NCBI GenBank assembly: GCA_030540075.1
Contig: JAUNWX010000008.1
Span: 8,638-72,637 of the forward strand
Reading direction: 5' to 3'
From: Lachnospiraceae bacterium
GTDB lineage: Bacteria > Bacillota > Clostridia > Lachnospirales > Lachnospiraceae
Length of the DNA stretch: 64,000 nucleotides
Shown: one piece after another, positions 20,543 to 28,343 of the stretch
Numbering within the stretch: the first letter of the stretch is position 1
Layout: every line of letters starts with the position of its first letter
Program-made: the position numbers and the translations under genes
The notes under the pieces: model-generated
Seen by the model: the letters and a program-made list of their open reading frames with translations, nothing else
The model's database searches: none
What the model was told of the DNA's origin: nothing

Positions 20543-22819
20543 TTATGCGCCAGGGCCTTCGACGAGTTCACTGCCTGGTCCGCCAGGGATGACTTCGCTG
20601 GTGTGGCTGCTGCCCGGTCCTTCGCTGCTGTTGTTTGAGCTGGAGCCTGGGCCGGCGGTGCTGCTGTTATGATTCGAGCTGGAGCCGCCCGGGCCGTCGT
20701 AGCGGTTCTCCGGGGTCTTGCCCGGCTCTTCGATGGTTTCCTTCTGGCTCTCCTTCGTCTCCGAGCTGTTGTCCTTCTTCGACTCCTTCGTCTCGTCCTT
20801 CGAGTTTTCCTTCGTTTCCTTCTGGTTTTCCTTGGTTTCCTTCGTCGGACCTTCGATGATCTCACCCTCGTCGGTCTCAGATTCCTTGGTTTCGCCTTCC
20901 TTCGTTTCCTTCGTCTCGTCGGACTTCGTCGTTTCCGTGTCGGCCTTGATCTTATTGCCTTCGGCATCCGTCTCGTAGATGTACTTTCCGTTCTTGTCGA
21001 CGCCCTTAATCAGGTAGCCGTTCTTGTCGGTCTTCGGGACCTTGATGACATTGCCGTCGGCGTCGGTTTCGGATTCCTTCGTTTCGTCGACCTTCGTCTC
21101 GGTGCTGGCCTTGATCTTATGACCGTCCGCGTCGGTCTCGTAGATGTACTTGCCGTCGGCGTCGGTGCCCTTGATCAGGTAGCCGTCCTTGTCGGTCTTC
21201 GGCTTCTTGATGCTGTCACCGTTCTCGTCGGTCTCGGTCTTCGTCTTCTCGCTTTCGTCCTCGTCGGACTTCGTGAACTTCTTATCCGACTCTTCCGACT
21301 CCTTATGGCTCGCATAGTAGCCGGAGTCGTCCGATATCTTCTGGGAGTAGCGCTTCACCGCATCCGATACGGTGTAGTTCTCATCCGCGAAGAGGATGCT
21401 GTGGAGCCAGACGACATTGGACTCCAGTGTCGCCGGGATGACGCATGCGCCCTTCTTTCCCATCATCTGATCCTTCAGGTCCTTCGGGAAGCCGACGGAC
21501 TCGCGGATGTTGTAGCGGGAGATGCCCTTCGCGAGCTCGATGATGTCTGCGGTGTCGATGTTAAAGGCCACCTGCGGGAGCACGGTGTCGATGATCTTCG
21601 TGAGGGTCGCGAGGTCGGTCTTCTTCGCGAGGTCGAGGCACTGCGAGATGACTTCACGCTGGCGCTTCGTACGCTCGAAATCGCTGTCCATGTAGCGGAG
21701 GCGGGCGTAGGCCACGGCCTGGACGCCGTTCAGGTGCTGCGGGCCGGCCTTCTTGATGTACATGGCGGCCGGGTTCTGTGCGCTGATGCCGGACTTCAGG
21801 CAGGTTTCGTGAATGTAGGCATTCATATAGTAGAAAGCCGCCTTCGAGACGTCGATGTCCACGCCGCCGAGGAGGTCGATGACGTCCGCCACGGCCTTCC
21901 AGTTGAAGGTGACGTAATTCTCGATGTCGAGGTCAAGGTTTTTATTCAGCATCGCGACAGCCTGCTCCGGTCCGCCCTCGGCGTAGGCTGCGTTACTCTT
22001 CGAATAGCGGTCACCCTTTCCGAGGTTCAGGTAGGTGTCACGGTAGACGGAGGTCAGGGTGATATCACCGGTGCCCATGTTAACGTTTGCGATGATCTGT
22101 ACGTCGGCATTTGCGCCCTTGCCGACGTCGCCGTTACGGGAGTCGACGCCGAAGACGGCGACGGTCCAGTAGCCGGACATCTTCTGCTTCTGGGAGATGT
22201 CGATGTTGTCGTTTCGCACCTTGCTGACATCGAAGGCGACGTCGGCGGTCATGTGCATGTAGCGATAGACGAAGCCGAAGCCGAAGATGCAGACGAGGGT
22301 CAGTAGCTCGACGATCACCATGGTGATGATGCGGGTACGGCGGGCCTTCTTCTTTTTATCACGCATGCGGCGCTCGTAGTCGGCGTCGAACTGTCCCTCG
22401 CCGATGCTGTTGAGCTGGCGGACGCCCGGCTGGGCCTCCTGCGGCTTCTTCACCGGCGTCGTGCGACGCGGGCGGGCGGTAGAGCCGGTGGCCGGTCGTG
22501 TGCCGGTGGTTCCGGTCGTCGGACGGGCATCGGATGCGTCGGTCATGCCGGCTGCTGAGCGAGGGTCCGGCGAGTGCGGGGTACGGGCTGTGCCGTCCGC
22601 GGCTCTGGCTGCTCTTCTCGCCGCTTCCATCTCCGAGAGATATGGATTACTGCGACGAGGCGTCGCCGCGTCACCGCTCTGCGGGTTCATGGCCTTATCC
22701 ATGAGCCGTCCGGCCATCTGCTTATCGTTTACGATTCTGTCTTCGAGTGCGCGCTGTTCGGCTTCTGCCTCTGCCTGCGTGTGCGGGCGGCGCGTTTCCT
22801 TGCCACTGTCAAGTGCCAT
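20543..22819 (-). CDS. LCP (LytR-CpsA-Psr) family phosphotransferase with long cytoplasmic N-terminus and repetitive extracellular tail
   Basis: AVFGVDSR, ADVQII, SVYRDTY, LNGVQAVAYARLRYMDSDFERTKRQR; single TM. Start chosen at MALDS (GAGG RBS). Confidence 0.9.
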   Translation of the reverse strand: MALDSGKETRRPHTQAEAEAEQRALEDRIVNDKQMAGRLMDKAMNPQSGDAATPRRSNPYLSEMEAARRAARAADGTARTPHSPDPRSAAGMTDASDARPTTGTTGTRPATGSTARPRRTTPVKKPQEAQPGVRQLNSIGEGQFDADYERRMRDKKKKARRTRIITMVIVELLTLVCIFGFGFVYRYMHMTADVAFDVSKVRNDNIDISQKQKMSGYWTVAVFGVDSRNGDVGKGANADVQIIANVNMGTGDITLTSVYRDTYLNLGKGDRYSKSNAAYAEGGPEQAVAMLNKNLDLDIENYVTFNWKAVADVIDLLGGVDIDVSKAAFYYMNAYIHETCLKSGISAQNPAAMYIKKAGPQHLNGVQAVAYARLRYMDSDFERTKRQREVISQCLDLAKKTDLATLTKIIDTVLPQVAFNIDTADIIELAKGISRYNIRESVGFPKDLKDQMMGKKGACVIPATLESNVVWLHSILFADENYTVSDAVKRYSQKISDDSGYYASHKESEESDKKFTKSDEDESEKTKTETDENGDSIKKPKTDKDGYLIKGTDADGKYIYETDADGHKIKASTETKVDETKESETDADGNVIKVPKTDKNGYLIKGVDKNGKYIYETDAEGNKIKADTETTKSDETKETKEGETKESETDEGEIIEGPTKETKENQKETKENSKDETKESKKDNSSETKESQKETIEEPGKTPENRYDGPGGSSSNHNSSTAGPGSSSNNSSEGPGSSHTSEVIPGGPGSELVEGPGA

Positions 22820-22907
22820 TCGTTTATCCTCATACTGCGGGTTGCAGTTACTTTTCAAAAAAACTTAGACGATTTTACCATACTTGCCCCGCTTCAGCAG
22901 TTTTTAC

Positions 22908-24323
22908 TTAATATGCATTTTTGTTTACGAATCCTTTAAAAATCGTAAGGAACAGGATTTTTACGTCGAGGGACATGGTCCAGTTCTCGATGTACCAGAT
23001 GTCGTACTTGACGCGCTCATAGATCGAGGTGTCGCCGCGGAGACCGTTGACCTGGGCCCAGCCGGTCATGCCCGGGCGAACCTGATGCTTGATCATGTAG
23101 CGCGGGATTTCCTCCTTAAACATCTCGACGAACTGGGTGCGTTCCGGTCGCGGGCCGATGAGGGACATCTGGCCGGCGAGGACGTTGAAGAACTGCGGGA
23201 ACTCGTCGATGGAGGTTTTCCGGATGAAGCGGCCGACGCAGGTGACGCGCGGATCGCCCGGGACGGTCCAGCCCTTCTTTTCGTCGGCTTCGGTCTGCTG
23301 CACCATGGAGCGGAACTTGTACATCATGAACGGCTTGTTGTGAAGGCCGACGCGCTCCTGCTTGAAGATGATCGGGCCCGGCGAGGTGAGCTTGATGAGG
23401 ATCGCGACGACGAGCATGATCGGGCTGAAGAGGATGATGCCGACGAGGGCGCCGAAGATGTCGACGGCGCGCTTCGCGGTGGCCTTGACCGGGTCGGTGA
23501 GCGGGACGTTCCGGATGTTGATAACCGGGAGGCCGTCCATGTCTTCGGTGACCGGCTTCGAGTGGATGATGTTGTTATAGTCGGGGATGAACTTCGTGTG
23601 GACGCCGGACTTCTCGCAGACATGGACGATGCCGTCGAGCTTTGCGTAGGCCGCGAGCGGCAGGGTGATCGCGATTTCGTCGATGGTATTCTGCGCGAGG
23701 ATGTGCTCGAGCTCGGAGATGCGGCCAACGACGCGAACGCCCTTGTAGCCTTCGCCGACTTCGGCGATGTCGTCGACGATGCCGTAGATGTGGTAACCCC
23801 AGTCCGGGTTACGGCGGCAGGCGTCGATGAACTGGTCGGAGGCGTCCGAGAAGCCGACGAGCATGACGTGCTTCTGGTTGAAGCCCTTCCGGCGGAGGCG
23901 CGACAGGATGTAGCGGATGCCGAAGCGTTCGATCGTCGTCAGGGTGATGTCGATGAAGGAGAACGCGACGAGCATACGGGTCGAGAAGTTGCCGAAGTAT
24001 CCGGAGCGTCGGAACGCGAAGAGGATCGAGGTCAGCAGCATGAGGCCGACGGCGCAGGCCTGGCAGATGTGCCAGAGCTCGGCGCGCTTCGAGTGGGTGC
24101 GCTTCGGCTCGTACAGGTGGAACGCCCAGTAAAGGAGGAGGTACGCCGGTACGATCGGAATGAGCGCAGCAAAATAGACCTGCGGCGGGAGTACGCCGTG
24201 GCCCGCCGGGAAGATCGGTGCAACGATCGTCAGGAGCCACGCGAGGGCGTAGGACGCGCAGATGATGAGGACGTCTAGAAGGACGTGAAGATTATTCAAA
24301 AAACGCTGGTTATCTTTAATCAT
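22908..24323 (-). CDS. Undecaprenyl-phosphate glucose phosphotransferase (WcaJ-like)
   Basis: MIKDNQR start; KRAVDI, IFKQERVG, MYKFRSM, FIRKTSIDEFPQFFNVL, PRPER, VRPGMTGWAQVNGLRGDT. Confidence 0.9.
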   Translation of the reverse strand: MIKDNQRFLNNLHVLLDVLIICASYALAWLLTIVAPIFPAGHGVLPPQVYFAALIPIVPAYLLLYWAFHLYEPKRTHSKRAELWHICQACAVGLMLLTSILFAFRRSGYFGNFSTRMLVAFSFIDITLTTIERFGIRYILSRLRRKGFNQKHVMLVGFSDASDQFIDACRRNPDWGYHIYGIVDDIAEVGEGYKGVRVVGRISELEHILAQNTIDEIAITLPLAAYAKLDGIVHVCEKSGVHTKFIPDYNNIIHSKPVTEDMDGLPVINIRNVPLTDPVKATAKRAVDIFGALVGIILFSPIMLVVAILIKLTSPGPIIFKQERVGLHNKPFMMYKFRSMVQQTEADEKKGWTVPGDPRVTCVGRFIRKTSIDEFPQFFNVLAGQMSLIGPRPERTQFVEMFKEEIPRYMIKHQVRPGMTGWAQVNGLRGDTSIYERVKYDIWYIENWTMSLDVKILFLTIFKGFVNKNAY

Positions 24324-24481
24324 ACTGGGAGTATACTCTATTTTTCTGAAAAACCTAGAGCAAGGATGTTAGAAATTTCTTAGGATTTCGGGATGATCGT
24401 AGCATTTTCGCTAAGACGAAGCCCGGAGGGGTGACAACAGAGGCCCGGCGCATTTCACAAAATGAGGTCTTACGGCAGTCA

Positions 24482-24912
24482 TGACATTAAGGTTTTCTGA
24501 GATTTTCACAAAAAGCTGATTTTTCCTCGCGATGCCATTAGACGAGTTTCGGAATCCCTCGTTTTTCTTGGTTCGTGCCATTAGTTTTTTTCGAAATTCT
24601 CACAAAACCCGTTTTATTCTTCATCGTGCCATTATCGACGTTTCACAATCTACCTGTATTCCCGGCTGATGCCATTAACTTTTTTCGCAGACTCTTTCTT
24701 ATCTCGAAGTATGCCATTATATTTATGACTTCGAAGCGCGAATACAGCTGCTTTTTCAGAGAAATCCTGGCTTCGACCTAAAGTCACCGCTTCGAAAAAC
24801 AAGCCTTTTGCGTCAAAAACCGGGAAATAGCCCTTCGATTACCTCCAGGAATTTCTGTGAGATAATGTCACTACCTTCTCCTCAGGGCGAAATTGTGAAA
24901 TACATAATGTCA
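24482..24912. repeat. Degenerate intergenic array with TG(C/A)CATTA cores
   Basis: Direct cores at 24482, 24533, 24576, 24627, 24670, 24712; inverted TAATGTCA at 24863 and 24905; spacings 51/43/51/43/42 and 42. Confidence 0.75.
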
Positions 24913-24925
24913 TCCCGCTACAAAT

Positions 24926-24982
24926 TCACAGATCCGTGATAATCTTCTGGAGGTAGTACTGGTTTGTCTTCTTGTTATCCAT
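24926..24982 (-). pseudogene. Truncated HEPN/DUF86 toxin (first 18 codons only)
   Basis: MDNKKTNQYYLQKIITDL* overlaps the stop of the upstream MNT gene; resembles the N-terminus of Firmicute DUF86 proteins, then stops and runs into the repeat array. Confidence 0.6.
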
Positions 24983-25457
24983 ACACTTTAATACCGTCCT
25001 TTAGAATTTCATTTACGAGTTCGAGATTATCTTTTAACTGCTCGAGGTTCAGCAGATCCACCTCTTTTTTCAAAGCTTCCCGGAGGTCTTCGACGAGTTC
25101 ATAGAACTTCATGCCGGAAACCGTGGTAGAAATCAGCAGGTCTACATCACTGCTTTCCGTCGCTTTTCCTTTTGCGTAGGAGCCGAACAGATAGCAGTAA
25201 TCCACATCATAGGCTGCGAAAATATCGCGACATACATCTTTTATTTTCTGGATGCTTAAGATACCGTGGCTTTCATCGATGAAGCCATACTGATCCAGTT
25301 TCTGCATCATATAGACATATTTCGGCGTATCCTGCCTTTTTTCATCCGTTTCATAGTTCTGATATGTACGAACCGGGATTCCCAGGTACTTCGCACACTC
25401 GACCTGGGTCAGTTTCTTCTGCTTTCTTAGCGTTCTTAATTTCACTTCACTGCTCAT
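24975..25457 (-). CDS. XRE-HTH + minimal nucleotidyltransferase (MntA-like antitoxin)
   Basis: LRKQKKLTQVECAKYLGIPVRTYQNYE; YLFGSYAKGKATESSDVDLLI; VDLLN. Confidence 0.85.
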   Translation of the reverse strand: MSSEVKLRTLRKQKKLTQVECAKYLGIPVRTYQNYETDEKRQDTPKYVYMMQKLDQYGFIDESHGILSIQKIKDVCRDIFAAYDVDYCYLFGSYAKGKATESSDVDLLISTTVSGMKFYELVEDLREALKKEVDLLNLEQLKDNLELVNEILKDGIKVYG

Positions 25458-25506
25458 AATTCAGTCCTCTTTAGAAAATAGACTAGCTATTCTTTCTGCT
25501 ATGAGT

Positions 25507-26265
25507 TTACGTGGTCATCCCTCCGTTCTTCATTCTTTTTATATCCTTTGGGTATACCAGCTTCCATTCACCTGAATAGCCGGGTTCACTTATGCCGTTT
25601 GTCAGATATCGCTTTGAATTTCCACTCTTCTCTTTGCATATTTTTATAAATTCATCGCTTATGCCAAAATCTGTCTGATACTCACTAAAAATAAATCCTG
25701 TCTTCTGATATAAAAAGGCACTGTCATATCCAGACAGATATTTTAACATTTTGCCCTCATCTATACTGTTTACAGCAACTATACACGAAAGAACCTCTTC
25801 GAGTCCGGCGATAAGATTTATATCCTTTATAGAATCCACGATCGTTCGTTCTTTATCCGTAATCCGCACACCACTGCCAAACTCCGGAGATTCTATCCCT
25901 TCCTTCAGCTGCGATTTAATGTAGTGATATGTATATCCATCAAATTCAAAATCACGAAAGCGTGCCTCGGAGCCAACATAAACCTCATAGAAGACCTGAT
26001 CGACGATCCCATAGTACTCAAAGGCCGTATGATGCGACACATAGGAAGATGACGTAATTGCACTGGCCACCTGAAATCTGTCCGCTACCGGCCCGCCATT
26101 TTCACCGCTCACGCATGTGTATAATCCATTTCGAATTTTTAATACCAGGTTCTCTTTCAGAAGTTTCCCTAAAGCCACTCTTGCTGACCATTCACTTGAA
26201 TACAGGGCATTCACTTCTTTCATAGAAAAAACCGGGCACTGCAGTAATTCATAATATAAATTCAT
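25507..26265 (-). CDS. AbiEi-family type IV TA antitoxin / transcriptional regulator
   Basis: N-terminal wHTH (LVLKIRNGLY), SYVSHHTAFEYYG, VRITDKERTIVD; start at MNLYY with GGAG RBS. Confidence 0.75.
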   Translation of the reverse strand: MNLYYELLQCPVFSMKEVNALYSSEWSARVALGKLLKENLVLKIRNGLYTCVSGENGGPVADRFQVASAITSSSYVSHHTAFEYYGIVDQVFYEVYVGSEARFRDFEFDGYTYHYIKSQLKEGIESPEFGSGVRITDKERTIVDSIKDINLIAGLEEVLSCIVAVNSIDEGKMLKYLSGYDSAFLYQKTGFIFSEYQTDFGISDEFIKICKEKSGNSKRYLTNGISEPGYSGEWKLVYPKDIKRMKNGGMTT

Positions 26266-26720
26266 ATTTCTGCTCCGCATGGTTAAGATTATGTCACTTT
26301 TTAGCGTTATTCATGCAAATTTTGTACTTATTCTTAACTTATCACTGCGGAGGGATTTTGTCGAGTTGAATATTTGATAGCCTGTAAGCACTGTTTGAAG
26401 TAGGAACGGAATCAAGGAACAGTACGCTGGACGCATTTATGCGTCCGGACAGTCCTTGACGAAGTGACGCGGATCACGAGATTATCCATAAGTGCGAAAC
26501 AAAAGGAATCTGCAGACGTTTGATAGCGTAACGCCGTTTTGCCCCTGAGCTGGGGCGGGGCCGAAAAAGAAGAAGTAATCGCTACCTGGCAAGGGGCGGG
26601 CGAAGGGGCAAACGATGAAGAACTAAGGATAATTACGCACTTCGCAGAAAAGCCCTGAGACTGGCCTGTAGAGCCAATTCCAGGACTTTTGAACGTTTTG
26701 TTGCTATTCACTCGTACCCT

Positions 26721-27995
26721 TTAGCTTTTCAAACTTCCGATAGGCACGACATACACGCCATCGTGACGGCAGTATGCGTAATCTCCGGTTCCGGTGAGTA
26801 CCATAAGAAATGATGGTGCGTTCATCTTATCGGTATCTATTTTAGCTTCCATTGCTTTCAAACTCTTTGCGCCTTCCTCAATGAGTTTGTCTCCACCGAG
26901 CTTGATCTCAATGAGTCCATACTTTCCGTTTCGCAGATGAATGACTGCATCGCACTCCTGCCCGTCTTTATCCCGATAATGATAGACTTCGCCGTTCAGA
27001 GCATCCGCAAACACACGAAGGTCTCGGATGCAAAGTGTTTCAAAAAGGAAACCGAACGTCTTGAGGTCATTCACAAGGTCATTCGGCCCAATACCCAAAG
27101 CCGCAGCGGCGATGGACGGGTCGATATAATACCGAGTATCGGACGAACGGATCGCTGTTTTTGACCGCAAATTTGGATTCCATGCAGGCATGTCCTCCAC
27201 CACAAAAATTTTGCGAAGGGCATTTACATAAGCAGCAACCGTATCCTCGCTGATAGGCATTTCATCGTTTGCAGCTATATCCTGTGCCAGCACCGTATTC
27301 GACACCTGTGCTCCCTGATTTCTTGCATAGGAACGCATCAGCCGTTTTACCCGTTCGGGATTTTTTTGCACATCATCGGCACGGTTAATATCGGAGTGAA
27401 CAACGGCATCATAGTAATCCATTGCCTGATCCAAAGCAATCTCTTCTCGCATATCCACCGCTTGCGGCCATCCGCCTCGGCAGACGAGGAACGCCAAGCG
27501 GTCAATGCTGAGTTTGGAATCTCCGTCAACTTCCGCATCTCCATCAAACAGATCTTTGAGACTGACATCACCGGTGGAATCACCCGATTCATACAGGCTC
27601 ATGGGTCTCATGGTCAGCCATGTAAACCGCCCCGTACCAGAGTGCGTGATTTCCTTGGTGTCGGCGGGCACGGCAGAACCAGTCAAAACAAACTGTCCCA
27701 GCTCGTCTCGGTGGTCAACCTCAAAGCGGATGGCATCCCACAGCTTCGGAGCAAGCTGCCATTCGTCAATCAGTCTCGGCGTTGCACCTTTCAGCAGTCG
27801 CTTGGGGCTGAGTTCCGACATGGTGATATTCTGTTCTTTCTTTTCGGGATCATCCATATAAAGAATACTGGCGGCAAGTTGTTCGGCAGTAGTCGTTTTG
27901 CCGCACCACTTTGGTCCCTCAATCAGAACCGCACCTTTGCCCTCCAATTTCCGTTTCAGTATATCATCAGCAATTCGCTTTCGGTAATTTTTCAT
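26721..27995 (-). CDS. AAA_14 ATPase with DUF4143 domain
   Basis: EGPKWCGKTTT, LIDEWQ, LTGSA, GGWP, YYIDPS, GFLFETL, YHYRDKDGQECDAV, IEIKLG. Confidence 0.9.
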   Translation of the reverse strand: MKNYRKRIADDILKRKLEGKGAVLIEGPKWCGKTTTAEQLAASILYMDDPEKKEQNITMSELSPKRLLKGATPRLIDEWQLAPKLWDAIRFEVDHRDELGQFVLTGSAVPADTKEITHSGTGRFTWLTMRPMSLYESGDSTGDVSLKDLFDGDAEVDGDSKLSIDRLAFLVCRGGWPQAVDMREEIALDQAMDYYDAVVHSDINRADDVQKNPERVKRLMRSYARNQGAQVSNTVLAQDIAANDEMPISEDTVAAYVNALRKIFVVEDMPAWNPNLRSKTAIRSSDTRYYIDPSIAAAALGIGPNDLVNDLKTFGFLFETLCIRDLRVFADALNGEVYHYRDKDGQECDAVIHLRNGKYGLIEIKLGGDKLIEEGAKSLKAMEAKIDTDKMNAPSFLMVLTGTGDYAYCRHDGVYVVPIGSLKS

Positions 27996-28062
27996 TCAAA
28001 ATACCTCGTTTCCATTCGTGGTATCTGTATTATACCCCGAAATCACGACTTTTACAGCATTT

Positions 28063-28131
28063 TTCGTCGAGTTGGCGAAATATTGTTCGGCGTGTTGGCG
28101 GAATACTATTCGGCGAGTTGGCAAAATGCAT
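28063..28131. repeat. Three tandem 23-bp repeats upstream of the AAA gene
   Basis: ttcgtcgagttggcgaaatattg / ttcggcgtgttggcggaatacta / ttcggcgagttggcaaaatgcat. Confidence 0.8.
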
Positions 28132-28229
28132 TTTGGAAAGTCGGCATTAGAGCGTTTCATTTCTCACCAGAACCGACAATTTGATTTCTTTATCTTCTGT
28201 CTCAAATAAAATCATCAAGCAAAGAAATA

Positions 28230-28268
28230 CGCAGCAAAAATACGCAAGTTTTGCGTGTTTTTGCTGCG
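28230..28268. terminator. Long hairpin downstream of the GT2 gene
   Basis: CGCAGCAAAAATACGCAA / TTGCGTGTTTTTGCTGCG, 18-bp stem with one G-U type mismatch. Confidence 0.55.
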
Positions 28269-28343
28269 CGTAGATATGCAATTATTGCGTGTTTTATGAT
28301 TGCGTCTTTGATGCTTTCACAATACGCGATCGCTTGTGTGGTT

